From Terriglobia bacterium (GTDB lineage: Bacteria > Acidobacteriota > Terriglobia > JAJPHL01 > JAPKYU01), in assembly GCA_965206645.1 (NCBI GenBank), contig CBDBKE010000004.1:1152001-1216000 (forward strand): DNA of 64,000 bases, written 5' to 3'. The position numbers and the translations under genes were made by a program. The notes beneath the pieces are model-generated. The model had not been told where the DNA came from and did not search any database. It saw only the letters and a list, made by a program, of their open reading frames with translations. The stretch's first letter is position 1, and each line of letters starts with the position of its first letter. Below, one piece after another: positions 31,389-42,629 of the stretch.

Positions 31389-32055
31389 ATCGCAGCACCT
31401 TGGTCAACCAACGACCTATGTCGTGGAGCTCCTCCGGACAGACTTGATGTTGCATCGGGTACTCGTGCCATTCTACGGCGTAGCCTGCATCCGCCAGCCC
31501 ATCTCGGGTCAGCGTCCCCAGCTCGATCGGCACCGTCGGGTCAGACGACCCATGGGCCTGGAAGATGGGCGTCCGCCAGTTGGCCTCGCTGGCCTCTGCG
31601 GCCAGCGTCTCGGCAAGCACGAGGTAGGCTGAGAGCACCATAATACCCGCCAGCGTCTGCGGGTGACGCAGCCCGGTGAACAACGCCATGGCTCCCCCTT
31701 GAGAGAACCCCGCCACCACGATCTTCCCGGGCGCAACCCCGCCTTCCACTTCCCGGGCGATGAGCTGCCGAATGCCCCCAGCGTTCCGCCGAATACCGGG
31801 CTCGTCTTGTCCTCTCGCGTCGAAGCTCTTGATGTCGTACCAGGCTGGCATGATGCAGCCCTGATTGATCGTCACCGGAATGCTCGGGGCGTGGGGAAAG
31901 ACGTACCTCACGGCGAGCTCGCTCGGCAGCCCAAGCTGCGGCGGCACGGATGCGAAATCGTATCCGTTGGCGCCCAGACCGTGCATCCAGATCACGGACG
32001 CGACGGGTGGGGCCTCGGGGTTCACCTCGACGCTAGCCAGGAAGGGCTTAGTCAA
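31372..32055 (-). CDS. Phospholipase/carboxylesterase (alpha/beta hydrolase)
   Basis: HGLGANG, MPAWYDI, GFSQGG, HG..DPTVP, MQH. Confidence 0.92.
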   Translation of the reverse strand: MTKPFLASVEVNPEAPPVASVIWMHGLGANGYDFASVPPQLGLPSELAVRYVFPHAPSIPVTINQGCIMPAWYDIKSFDARGQDEPGIRRNAGGIRQLIAREVEGGVAPGKIVVAGFSQGGAMALFTGLRHPQTLAGIMVLSAYLVLAETLAAEASEANWRTPIFQAHGSSDPTVPIELGTLTRDGLADAGYAVEWHEYPMQHQVCPEELHDIGRWLTKVLRFDRET

Positions 32056-32400
32056 GGCAACATCGCGTAGAGAAGGACGTCGATCGCCATGGCGTAGGAA
32101 TCCATCGAAAACAGGCGGAAGAACTCGTAGTCCTCCACTTCACGCTCCCCGCCGTCGGCAATGTCGGTGCTATGGGACATGACAACCATGAGCCGGCCGT
32201 GCTCGTCTGCGATGCCTCGAAAACGCTGGCTTCGCTCGAGCAGCCTTGGTCCGACGTGCCGCCGCCGCTCTGCCTCCGTACTGAATGGAGGGGATCCGAG
32301 GGATGTCATTCACCTGGAGCAGGCTTCGAAAGATCGCATGGTCCATCGGGACGTCGAAGATCGGATACTCCTGCCGGAAGCACCCTGGAGATCTGGCTGA
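32052..32400 (-). pseudogene. DUF4159-like protein C-terminal fragment
   Basis: DHAIFRSLLQVNDIPRIP...RGIADEHGRLMVVMSHSTDIADG; frameshifted. Confidence 0.6.
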
Positions 32401-32419
32401 CCCAGTGCTCCCACGTGCG

Positions 32420-34639
32420 CTACTGCACGATCTTGACGTAGTTGTCGTACGTGTTCTGGATACGAGAGACGTACAGGGCCGGCTCCGTGCCCCGGCAATA
32501 GCCGTAGCGCGCCTTCGTGTGATACTGGGGATCCTCCAGCAGAGCGATGGCGTTCTCGACGTTGCCAAACCAGAGATCGGGATCCAGCCCGATCTCAGCC
32601 GCGAGGCGCCGTGCATCGACGAGGTGACCGTACCCAACGTTGTAGGCGGCTAGGGCGAAGCGCACCCGCTGCCTGAAGGGGATCGTGGGATCCATGCGCT
32701 TGATCTGCCGATCCAGGTACATAATCCCGGCACGCACCCCGCCCTCTGGCGGATCGACCAGCTCCGTGATGCCCATTTCCTGTCCGGTCGCGGGCATGAC
32801 CTGGAAGAGCCCTAACGCGCCGACCCAGCTCTTCGCGTTCGGATCGAAGCCGCTCTCGTGAAACGCCTGGGCCGCCATCAGCCGCCAGTCGAGCCCGTAG
32901 CTTTCGGAGTACTTCTTGATGACGCCGTCGTAGGGTGACAGCTCGCCGCTCACGCCGGTCCGACGCGTTGTCGCAACCGCGATCCGGTGCTTGTCCTCGA
33001 AATAGGCTTTCCTCGCCAGGTTGTATTCCAGGCCGCGATAGGTCTTCTTCACGAAACCATCGAGGTACGCTGCGAGCTCGGTATTCTGCGGGCGGACGGC
33101 AAAGGCGATCGCCTTCTCGTCGTCTCCGCCGCGAGAGAGCGTCAGCGCGCCAACGATCTCGTCACGATACGTCAGCTCGACGTTGAGAATGTGACTGTCG
33201 CTCACAGTGAGCGGTATCTCGCCACGAGCGACCATGCCGATGAGCTGCTCGGTTTCGAGATCTTCGGGGGCCTCGACGATCGTGAACGGGCCGTAGTCGC
33301 CCTGCAGGCGCTCGAGCGTGTCGTAGTAACTCGACGACCTGCGCACGTGGAGCGTCGTGCCCTTCAGGTCAGCCAGGGTGGTCATCGGGGGATCCCCCGC
33401 CCGGCTCACGACCATCTCATCGACGAAGAGATATGGCTGACTGAATGCCACGTGCGCGCCGCGCTCCTCGGTGATCGTGAACGAGGCTGCAATGATGTCG
33501 CCACGGCCTTCCAAGAGCCACGGGATCAGCTGGTCACGGGAAGGTGGCACAACCATCGCCAGACGCACGTCGAGATCCTCGGCGATGAGCTTCGCCAACT
33601 CGAAGTCGAAGCCCATCGGCCGACCTCGGTAAAGATAATAGGTCACTGGATTGTTGCGGGTGAGCACCCGCAGCACGCCCCGTTCCCGGATGCCCTCGAG
33701 ATCGCCAAGGAAGCGTTCATTGGTATGTCCGGTCAAGGACTTCTCGACGAGGAAGGTGTTGGTGGCTGCCAGCAGCTCTGGGTTCTGCCGGCGGACGGCC
33801 CAGGCGATCTGGCGTCCCTCGGCGATCTTGAACAAAGGCTCAACGGCGTCGGTACACGCCTGGATAGCATCGAGGGTGTGGCTATCGACGACGGTGAGCG
33901 GTCGCTTGCCCTGTGTCACTTCATAGACGATCGACTCGGTGTCCAGATGCTCTTCTACGAAGACCACCTTTAACGTGGCGATGTCCGAGCCCTGCAGCGC
34001 TTCCAAGGTCTCCGCGAACGACGAGCTCGGCCGGACGTGGACCTCACGTCCCGCGAGCGCTACCGGAGATCGAGGAAGGTTCTCGGCGCCCCTTTGTCCA
34101 ACGACCCATTCCTCAACAGTTGCTGTTGGTCGCGCGAACGCAACCTGTTGCTCTCGCTTGTCGGTGACCGTGAGCTGAGCGGCCACGAGATCGCCCTTCC
34201 CCTCCACCAGCATCGGGATGAGCTCGTCGCGGCGGTCGACGAGGACGAACTCCAGGTCGACGCCCAGGCGCCCGGCGAGCTCTTCCGTCAGGGTCTTGTC
34301 CAGGGATGCTGGCATCCCCTGCCTCGGAAGAAACTCCTCTTCGCCGCTTGCGCCCACCAGCACGCGGAGCGTGCCTCGCGCTCTGATGCTCGGGAGATCG
34401 CCTTGGTCAATGACCGCCGGCACCGACTCCCCAGCTCGTTCCTCGACGTCCGTCGCCGTCTGACAGGCCATCGTCAACAGCGCGACCAGAAACACCGCGC
34501 CACGCGGCACCGACCATGGTGGCCCCGCTGCCGTTGTAGGCTGTCTTCTCATCCTCCGCAACGCCTCAAGACGCTCTCCTGCCATTCCGGTGAATCTGCT
34601 CGAAGATATCACGATAGCTCGTCTTTTCATCCGCCGCAC
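32420..34639 (-). CDS. MltF-like lytic transglycosylase with two periplasmic-binding domains
   Basis: Two PBP repeats; DWRLMAAQAFHESGFDPNAKS, GLFQVMP, AAYNVG (SLT domain). Confidence 0.88.
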   Translation of the reverse strand: MRRMKRRAIVISSSRFTGMAGERLEALRRMRRQPTTAAGPPWSVPRGAVFLVALLTMACQTATDVEERAGESVPAVIDQGDLPSIRARGTLRVLVGASGEEEFLPRQGMPASLDKTLTEELAGRLGVDLEFVLVDRRDELIPMLVEGKGDLVAAQLTVTDKREQQVAFARPTATVEEWVVGQRGAENLPRSPVALAGREVHVRPSSSFAETLEALQGSDIATLKVVFVEEHLDTESIVYEVTQGKRPLTVVDSHTLDAIQACTDAVEPLFKIAEGRQIAWAVRRQNPELLAATNTFLVEKSLTGHTNERFLGDLEGIRERGVLRVLTRNNPVTYYLYRGRPMGFDFELAKLIAEDLDVRLAMVVPPSRDQLIPWLLEGRGDIIAASFTITEERGAHVAFSQPYLFVDEMVVSRAGDPPMTTLADLKGTTLHVRRSSSYYDTLERLQGDYGPFTIVEAPEDLETEQLIGMVARGEIPLTVSDSHILNVELTYRDEIVGALTLSRGGDDEKAIAFAVRPQNTELAAYLDGFVKKTYRGLEYNLARKAYFEDKHRIAVATTRRTGVSGELSPYDGVIKKYSESYGLDWRLMAAQAFHESGFDPNAKSWVGALGLFQVMPATGQEMGITELVDPPEGGVRAGIMYLDRQIKRMDPTIPFRQRVRFALAAYNVGYGHLVDARRLAAEIGLDPDLWFGNVENAIALLEDPQYHTKARYGYCRGTEPALYVSRIQNTYDNYVKIVQ

Positions 34640-34888
34640 CCAAACCCTGGAGGCGGCGCGCTGATCAGCGGAGGGTGAAACACGCTGGCGGTTTGCGGAG
34701 CGAGCCGCACGGGGCCGTGAGCAGTTCGTGCATAACCCGCGTAAAGCCCTGCGCTACCGATATCACTCAGGAAGAGCTGAAACAGACACGCGCACGGATG
34801 GGTCGCTGGCCGGCGGCAGTCGCTGAAATTTGCGTGATCGCGATGCTCACGCCGGCAACCGGGCGTCCCCAGGCAGGATGCTTTTTAC

Positions 34889-35019
34889 GGTACTGTCAAG
34901 TTAAGCAGTTTGGCGACATTCTCGCCGCCCGCCGCCACCGCTAAGTCATTGATTCTCAGTCTCTGATCCAGCAGAATCCCTCCGCAAAACGGGCAGATTC
35001 TGCTCAACTTGACAGTACC
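34889..35019 (-). mobile_element. 131-bp MITE, copy 4 (reverse)
   Basis: Reverse complement of copy 2 with few changes. Confidence 0.9.
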
Positions 35020-35959
35020 CCGGGGAGAGCTGCGGAAAGCTCGACGTCCCGAAGGAGTCGTGCCCGGCCACCATGGCGCTCACTGCCGCGCCGGGAACCA
35101 GCCTGGCACGCGGGCAAAGCCGCCAGTTGGCTCAGCGCTGCGCAAACGGGTACAAGTTTACGCCACAGCGAATCGAACCGGTATCATCAGGACCCTCGCC
35201 CGAGCCGGAAGCCCCGCAAGCCCCCCAAGCCCACGACACGCTCACTCTGCCAGAATCACGCGCCTGCTGGGTGCGAAGTGTGTTTCGCGAATCACGCGCG
35301 GATTCGCGGCAGATTTGCTGTTGATGTGGGTTGCTTTCCTACCGGCTCGGCGGGCAAGACCCTCTTGTCGCCGCCTCAAAAGCGTCGGCTCTGCTCGGCC
35401 TGGGCCACGCTACGCACACTCGCGCCCGCTTGAGGCGCGCCTGACAAGTTTGCTGGACGTGTGGAGGACCGCTGGAGGCCATCAACGGCTCCCACCACTA
35501 TCGTGGCCTCACGCTGAAGTTCGATTCCTGGTCGCGCTGCATATATTCTCAGTTCAACACAGGTAGTACGACGGATAGCACCAAGTTGAGCCTCAACAGC
35601 CAGCACACGACAGATCATGGTTTCTACCCGTGAGGTTAGCCTCTGCGACTCCTTGCCGGAGTTTCCCGATGAAGGCTATCACCATTGCTCCGAATAGAAT
35701 CAGTAGCAGGATAGATCTAAAGGTCATCTCTCCTGACTCCTGTCCTCACATTGCAGCGCTCTGGTTAACTGCTTCATGCCTCCGAAAATACCCCTCTCTC
35801 GCGGCCCCTCGAACTTTGATTCGTCGTGTCCCACCAGGGCAGACTTTGGTCCGCCAGAAACAAGTGCTTCTTGGCTTGCCCATCGACTGTCAGTAGATGG
35901 GGGTGTCCATCCGTTCAAGCACCTGGATTGGCGCGTCGTGCGGTAAATTAGTGTGTGGG

Positions 35960-36259
35960 TTAATAGCGGCTTCGGTTATATCCGCCACTTCTGGGCCGGG
36001 ACCCGCCCCCCTCCGTCTTGGGGCGCGCTTCGTTCACGTTCAGGGCGCGGCCGTCCAGCTCTTTTCCATTCACTGCCCCAATTGCCTTGGCCGCTTCCTC
36101 GTCATTGGACATCTCAACAAAAGCGAAGCCACGAGCCCGGCCTGTGTCCCGGTCCGTCATTACATTGATGCGCGTGATCTCTCCGAGCGGCTCAAAGATA
36201 GCCCGCAGATCACTCTCCGTGGTGTTAAAACTCATGTTGCCGACATACAAGCTTTTCAT
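35960..36259 (-). CDS. RRM RNA-binding protein with Gly/Arg tail
   Basis: LYVGNM (RNP2), RGFAFVEM (RNP1). Confidence 0.92.
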   Translation of the reverse strand: MKSLYVGNMSFNTTESDLRAIFEPLGEITRINVMTDRDTGRARGFAFVEMSNDEEAAKAIGAVNGKELDGRALNVNEARPKTEGGGSRPRSGGYNRSRY

Positions 36260-36553
36260 TTCTCTTTGTCTCCTTAAAGTCGCCGCCGCGCCCGTGCGGA
36301 GCGGTCGCGTACCCCGCGTCAGCACATTGCTGCAAACCGGCTATCTGGAATTTGATGGAGTCAATTGGGCAGGAAGCAAACGATAGAGCTAAATGCTTTC
36401 AGACGAACCGACTTCTTCAAATACGCATGTCAGTATAACACGGTACGAAAGGATGTGGGGACAAATTGAGCGTCTACCGCATCTCCGAGAAGGTGGGCGC
36501 GGAGGGGAGGCGTATTGGCAGCAGAGACTATTCGATCTTGGTTCAAGCGAGGG

Positions 36554-37033
36554 TTAGCGAGAGTTGATCGTCCCGCGGCACTTCGCTGATCCACATTTGC
36601 ACTTAACCGTGACCTGATCGCGACTGAAATTATAGTCAACAGTTAGCTCCTCACCAATGTGGATAGCGCGCCTGCTCATGAAAAGAATACGTCCCTTAAC
36701 GACCCACGAGTACAAATTTGGTTCACAACTGTGGTTGACGTACTCAGCCCCGCTGCCGGCGACTGAGCCGTCTATTGTCCAATAGTTGTTCAAAGCGAAC
36801 AAATAAGAGGTGCGCCGCCGGACGTGTCGTGACAACTGGTGCGGCGGAAACTTTTCTCCAGTGTACTCTATGACCTTCCGTCGAGGTGGAATGGACTCCG
36901 TTGTGAAAACTCCCAGCCCATGGATCGGCGATCGTCGACTTACGAGGCGATAACGTGAGAATCGGCCATTGATTCTGGCGGTCCGAGTACGGCCATGACT
37001 TTCTCGCTTGTAAAGAGTGTTATTAGCCGACAT
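36554..37033 (-). CDS. SET-domain methyltransferase with post-SET cysteines
   Basis: IHGLGVF, IEYTGE, YVNHSCEPN, GEELTVDY, CKCGSAKCRG. Confidence 0.92.
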   Translation of the reverse strand: MSANNTLYKRESHGRTRTARINGRFSRYRLVSRRSPIHGLGVFTTESIPPRRKVIEYTGEKFPPHQLSRHVRRRTSYLFALNNYWTIDGSVAGSGAEYVNHSCEPNLYSWVVKGRILFMSRRAIHIGEELTVDYNFSRDQVTVKCKCGSAKCRGTINSR

Positions 37034-37221
37034 TTTAATTAGGGCAATGGACGTCGTAGGTACCTCGCCCCCCAGTTGCTTCGCAAGGTTCCCACAGCGC
37101 GCCTCACCGATGTTCCCGGTCCCCAGAGTTGGAACGGAACCATCCTAGAAGTGGTGAAACACCCTGTGTTGGCTAAATAACCTGGGGCGAGCAAACCCAC
37201 CAGACTACACCTCAGCACTTT

Positions 37222-37422
37222 TTAGATTGATGGCCGCTGCATGATGAATTCGACGATCAGATCCATGTACTCATTCAGAGCCAATCGCAGTTCATCTGTA
37301 AGGTGGTCGTGAAGCCTGCTGTCCTGCGGCTGAGAGCTTGATCTTTTCACGTAAGCGCGGAGAGCTTCGTGCGCCGCATTCATTCTTTGTTGGGCATTTT
37401 CTACCTTATTCCACGATGTCAT
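37222..37422 (-). CDS. Small helical hypothetical protein, preceded by a PilZ-like fragment (~37440-37560)
   Basis: MTSWNKVENAQQRM...; the upstream fragment has ELRGLVRH...GVEFVEV. Confidence 0.45.
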   Translation of the reverse strand: MTSWNKVENAQQRMNAAHEALRAYVKRSSSQPQDSRLHDHLTDELRLALNEYMDLIVEFIMQRPSI

Positions 37423-37732
37423 GGCAAAAGGAATTGTAGCACTCAACTGCATCTGCTGGTCTGGCAGAACCTCGACGAACTCCACGCCGCGGCCGTGCAC
37501 CTGGTGGCGTACTAAACCCCGTAGTTCGATCTCTTCGGCCTCGCCTAGAGAGAATCGCAAATAACAATCTATTCTTCCCGGCGCCGATCCAGGCCGCTCC
37601 TGCGACGTGGCCCGCTACGCCGTTCCGGGAGACAAAGGTCCAGGTTGTCTGCCTCCGGCAGGTAGAGCAGTATTTCTCGACAGGATTTTCCTTCTTACCT
37701 TCGGGCGATTGGTCCTCATGAACCAGGAGAGA

Positions 37733-39012
37733 TGACCTGCCTGGCGATTTCCGGACCAGCTGAAGCCTGAGAGAATGGCGCCCTCGGAGAAACGAGGGAG
37801 CCATGAAGAAGACCCGGTTTACCGAAGAGCAGATGGTGACGATCCTCCGCGAGGCCGATCAGCGGCCCGTTCCGGAGGTGGCCAAAAAGAACGGCGTCAG
37901 CGCCCAGACGCTCTACGCCTGGCGGAAACACTTCGGCACGTTGGAGCCCGCCGATGTGAAGCGGCTGCGGCAGCTCGAGCAGGAGAACGGCCGGCTGAAA
38001 AAGATGGTGGCCGATCGAGATCTGGAGATCGACGTGCTCAAGGAGATCACCCGAAAAAAATGGTAGGCGCACGCGTGCGCCGGCCGCAGGTCGCGTATGC
38101 ACGTGCACGCGGTCTGTCGGGTCGCCGCGCGTGCGCCTTGCTCTCCGTCGCACGGTCCACGCTGGGCTACCAGTCGCGGCTGGTCGACCGGGATGCCCCG
38201 GCGCTGGCCGCGATGCGTCGTCTGGCGGCGCAGTATCCGCGGTACGGCTATCGCCGGATTCGGATTTTCCTAAAACGCGAAGGGCACACGATGAGCACGG
38301 ACCGGACCCATCGCCTCTGGCGCCAGGCGGGGTTGCAGGTGCCTCGGCGGCGGCCGCGGCGCCGGGTTGCCCTGAGCCGGCCCCGCCCGGTGCCCGCCAC
38401 TGCGGTCAATCACGTCTGGGCGTACGACTTCGTGTTCGACACCTGCGCGAATGGGCAGACGCTCAAGTGCCTCACCGTCGTCGACGAATGGACCCGCGAG
38501 TCACTCGCGATCGACGTGGCCGGCGGCATTCGGTCCGGGCGCGTTATCGAGGTGCTCACGCAGCTCGTGAGCGTCCACGGAGCCCCACGTTACCTCCGGT
38601 CCGACAACGGCCCCGAGTTTGTCGCGGGTGCGATTCTCCGGTGGCTGCTCCAGGCGCAGATCGAAACCGCGCTCATCAAGCCGGGGAAGCCGTGGCAGAA
38701 TGCGACCGACGAATCGTTCAACGGGAAGTTCCGCGACGAGTATCTGAGCCTGCAGTGGTTTCGGAACCGCGTGGACGCGAAGGTGGGGATCGAGCAATGG
38801 CGACGGCACTACAACGACGTGCGACCGCACTCGAGCCTTGGCTATCTGACGCCAGCCGAGTTCAAAGCGCAGCTCCGTGCTGGCTCGGATGACGGTGGGC
38901 GCTCGCCGGCGATGCCGGCTCACGCTGACCAAGAAGAACACGAGAGCGACTTAACCATGCCGACTGGCGCTGTTCTCCAGTAATCGGTGGTCCGAAGAAA
39001 GCCGGCAGGTCA
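37733..39012 (+). mobile_element. IS3-family element A, copy 2 (1280 bp)
   Basis: Near-identical to 5689-6968; 4-bp TSD GAGA; interrupts a Zn-ribbon gene paralogue. Confidence 0.95.
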
Positions 39013-39168
39013 GAGACCTGCAGGTTCGCAGGGAGTTCGCATACCTCATCATGGTCCTCCGGGACCGGCTTGACCGAAGAAGGGGACTGGCGTACAGTTT
39101 GGTGCCAAGGTAAAGTTGAAATCGGAAATTCCGCATACGTAACCAGTGGACTACCAAAGGAGGTAGCG

Positions 39169-40011
39169 ATGCCGAAATACCCTGGTGAGGAACTTGGATT
39201 GCCGCAGGTGCCACGGAAAGCGATAATTGGTGCGGTGATCGTAATTGCCGTTGTCTTTGTGTTAGGGGGTGCCCTGGGGACGGTCGGCGCAGGACAACGA
39301 GGCGTCTTACTGCGTTTTAACGCCCCGACCGAGGCAATCAAAGATCAAGGTCTCTATTACAAGATTCCTTTCGTGGAGCAGGTAATTCTGATGTCAACCC
39401 AGATTCAGAAATACACCGCTCCTGCCACCTCTTCCAGCAAGGACTTGCAAGTGGTCACTACAGAAGTCACCTTAAACTACCAGTTGAATGCCAGCCAAGT
39501 GGTGAAAATCTATACCGACATGCGACAGGATTATGAAGACCGCATCATCCAACCGTACATCCAGGAAGCGGTCAAATCCAGCACGGCCAACTACGACGCC
39601 GAGGAGTTGATCACACAGAGGCCGAAGGTGAAAGATGAACTTCAAAACTTGATAGCAGAAAGGGTAAAGCCACTTGGGATCGACGTTGTGCAACTCTCCA
39701 TCACCGACTTTCAATTCTCGCCAGCTTTCCAGGAATCCATCGAGGCGAAGGTGAGAGCGGTCCAACAAGCTCTCGAGGCGGAGAACGCCCTGAAGCGGGT
39801 GGAGTTTGAAGCGCAACAGAAGGTCACCAGGGCCAAGGCTGAAGCCGAGGGACTGAGGCTCCAAAAACAGCAGATATCGCCGCAGTTGCTGGAGTTGCGG
39901 CAAATCGAGGTTCGGAGAACCGCTGTGGAGAAATGGAATGGAGTGATGCCCTCCGTGGTCACCAGCGGGGGACCGGTGCCAATGTTGGATGTGTTTAGGG
40001 CACGGCGGTAA
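39169..40011 (+). CDS. SPFH/prohibitin-family membrane protein
   Basis: AAGGAGG RBS; one TM helix; SSKDLQ, AEELITQR, FSPAFQESIEAK. Confidence 0.9.
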   Translation: MPKYPGEELGLPQVPRKAIIGAVIVIAVVFVLGGALGTVGAGQRGVLLRFNAPTEAIKDQGLYYKIPFVEQVILMSTQIQKYTAPATSSSKDLQVVTTEVTLNYQLNASQVVKIYTDMRQDYEDRIIQPYIQEAVKSSTANYDAEELITQRPKVKDELQNLIAERVKPLGIDVVQLSITDFQFSPAFQESIEAKVRAVQQALEAENALKRVEFEAQQKVTRAKAEAEGLRLQKQQISPQLLELRQIEVRRTAVEKWNGVMPSVVTSGGPVPMLDVFRARR

Positions 40012-40190
40012 GGGAAGGACTGCACATTCGGCTCCCGCCTTGTAATCTGTAGACTCCGAAGCTGCAAATTGAGGGACGGAGGAGCGGTGCCAGTCGCTAC
40101 CGGCGACGGCAAGTCCGGCCACAAAGCTGGGGTGAAGGTTCCACTTCCCGCAACGCTTTTCGAAGGATAGCAAGAGGGGTTTCCTTGCCC

Positions 40191-40640
40191 ATGATCGGCC
40201 AGACGCTGGGCCACTACCGCATCGTCGAAAAGCTCGACGAGGAGCAGTTAAATTTCCGCACCGACGAGAAAGCCGAGCCGGCCCTGCCGCTAGAGCAGAC
40301 CGAAGATCCGGTGCGCATGTACCTGCGGGAGATGGGCACGGTGCCCCTGCTGACCCGGGAGGGCGAGGTCGAGATCGCCAAACGGATCGAACGCGGCCAG
40401 AACAATGTCCTGAAGGCCATGTCTCGCTGCCCGATCGTCATCCGGGAAGTCCAGAAGCTGGGAGAGGAGTTGAAGTCGGGGGCTAGGTCCATCAAAGGAG
40501 TCGTGGTCTTCAATGACGACGAACTCACCGACGAGCGGATCCAGGAGAGGCTGAAAGAGATCGTCGGGACCGTGGACGCTTCTAAGATAGCCCGCCTTCG
40601 CGCACAGAAGCACCCGTGGCGCACGATTGCCGCTGAGATG
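40191..40640 (+). pseudogene. Chimeric ORF: Ser/Thr kinase start + RpoD region 1.2 + resolvase-like HTH tail
   Basis: [15 protein letters not shown] | ...[31 protein letters not shown]... | [23 protein letters not shown]. Confidence 0.7.
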
Positions 40641-40839
40641 AGGTTTCCCCAGCCAGCACCGTCCGGCGGGCGGCTTATAGGGTCAAATGATTTAGCGGAA
40701 CTGGAAATAAACGGGCGCAGGCAACAAGTGACAGCTCCCTCCAGAGAGGCCTCTCACTACCAGCGCCCGTTTTACCAGCGTCGGATTATACAGCTACTCG
40801 TGGGCAACGGGCGGTAGTGTCCTAGTTTCGGGTAGTGTC

Positions 40840-41034
40840 CTAAATTGACTCTCGCTTTAGGAGGGCGATTGTCCAAGTTTCCCCTTTGCCCATCTTCGGC
40901 AGCAGCGCCACTACTTCCCAGCCCTGCTGCCCTAGCTCGTTGAGTTGTGCTTCGGCTTCTTCCAAAGGATCGGCATCCTTGCTACCGCTCATTGGCGTCC
41001 AAAGGTCCATTACCTCGAATTTGTATTCCCACAT
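40840..41034 (-). CDS. DUF4177-like small protein
   Basis: MWEYK...LNELGQQGWEVV...LLKR. Confidence 0.75.
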   Translation of the reverse strand: MWEYKFEVMDLWTPMSGSKDADPLEEAEAQLNELGQQGWEVVALLPKMGKGETWTIALLKRESI

Positions 41035-41048
41035 AGCCTTTCTCTCCC

Positions 41049-41290
41049 TTAACTCTGCGGCAACAGATCGGCAAGCGCCCACAGGCATGTCGTAAGGCCC
41101 GCTTCCATTGCCCGGGATACTCGCAAGCTCCTATGGATTCGGCAGAAACTGTACCAGGCAAAGTGGGGGACCAGGGCCGATTCCAAGTTGTCCAAGACCT
41201 GCCACCAACCGATGCGCCGGGCACTTCTAGGGCGTGCCAAAAACCCCTCTGCACTGGCCGCTGCAGATGACTGATTCTACTAAGGCGCTT
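41049..41290 (-). pseudogene. IS1-like transposase C-terminal remnant
   Basis: HFAWYSFCRIHRSLRVSRAMEAGLT..LWALADLL. Confidence 0.55.
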
Positions 41291-41687
41291 CCTGCCATTT
41301 CCAGCGTGCCAGAAAGAACTGTTTTTCACACATGGGAGAGGAGCCTCGTTGGGACCAATGGGCTTGACGCCTAACGACCGGAGCTAATGTCCCCGACACC
41401 CCCGAAGCCGGAACATAGGTAAAGACTGGTCCGTTAGTGGCGACCTATCCGGCATTGCTGGAGACAAGGCGATTCAGCTCTTCAAACTAGTTGAGCACGA
41501 CGTTGATTTGATTCGGTGCCTCCTGCTCGCCACCATCACCTCTTTCTTGACACCCCGACACGGTATCTAACGGGCTAGTTGTTTAGAAAAGCTATACTTA
41601 TTGCGAAATCCTCTTCGCTCCCGAAACCATCGATGGCGCTACGGGCTATACTCGCCAGCAGTTGGTAGACTCTAGCCGGGAGGCGCT

Positions 41688-41952
41688 ATGGAGTTGGGGC
41701 CGGACAGCAAGCTATCCGAAACGCAAACGCCGGAATTTGTGGGGGCTGGCGCGCTCCGTCCCTGGACGACCGGGGATTTGCCCCCCGCACCAGAAGGCGG
41801 CCTCGCCTATTGGAAGAAGGCGGTCGGGCCGGGACTGCTGCTTGCGGGCGCTTCGATTGGCGCTGGAGAGTGGCTGTTCGGACCGGCGGTCACGGCTCAA
41901 TATGGCGCCGCTCTCCTTTGGCTGGCCTTCCTCAGCATCGCCGGCCAGCTGT
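41688..41952 (+). pseudogene. Nramp-like transporter N-terminal fragment
   Basis: VGPGLLLAGASIGAGEWLFGPAVTAQYG; abuts the integrase fragment. Confidence 0.7.
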
Positions 41953-42246
41953 TTGCAGGTGGGTCTTCTCGCTCCGGAAGGGTGGTTTGGATCGGTTCTC
42001 AAGGAACCAGTCCGCCCACTCGTTGAACCTGATCTCCCCGCCCGGCGCGGCGCTCGGCAGCAACCCCTCATCGCGGGCCACCAACCGTTTGCGCATCACC
42101 TTCTCGGCTTCCCCTTTTTCTCTCTGCCCTGTCGAGGTCTGTCTCCACCTCCCGTTCTGCTCTCGACAGCTCATCCACCAGACGCGCGAATTGCTCCGCA
42201 GGTACAGGCTACCAGCGGTATTTCTGGGTCTACCTGTCTTATTCAT
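41950..42246 (-). pseudogene. Phage-type integrase N-terminal (arm-binding) fragment
   Basis: GSLYLR...WWM...RQTSTG...EAEKVMRKR; directly downstream of the Xis-like gene. Confidence 0.65.
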
Positions 42247-42448
42247 CGATTCCTCCATTTACATGAAATTGCTGGCGCCACTCGACCAGTTTCGACCGTC
42301 GGAAGCGGATCAAGCGGCCCATCATGCGGTAATGGGGAATCTGCTTTCGCTCGACGTAAGCATACACCAGCGAGGGGCTGACGCCCAGGAAGCGGGCGGC
42401 GGCCTTCACCGTGATCGGGGCATCTGTCGCTTCTCCGTCAAGACTCAT
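42239..42448 (-). CDS. Excisionase-like helix-turn-helix protein
   Basis: ITVKAAARFLGVSPSLVYAYVERKQIPHYRMMGRLIRF. Confidence 0.8.
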   Translation of the reverse strand: MSLDGEATDAPITVKAAARFLGVSPSLVYAYVERKQIPHYRMMGRLIRFRRSKLVEWRQQFHVNGGIDE

Positions 42449-42629
42449 CTTTCCCTCCCTACTCTCCACGCCGGACCGAGCGCTCCGTCAGATCTACTTT
42501 CCGCTCCGGATCGGCGAGTCCGGCGGCCTGCGTCTTCGGGAAAGACGCCGTACTCCTGGGCGATCCAGGCCGGGACTTCCAGCGTCTCCTCACCGCCCCG
42601 GCCGAGCTCCCGGTCGAAGTCCTCCAGAG

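Noticed and set aside
41369-41440. Integron attC site (GCCTAAC...GTTAG hairpin)
   Set aside because: No integron integrase or cassette array; better explained as part of the repeat family shared with 53224-53322.
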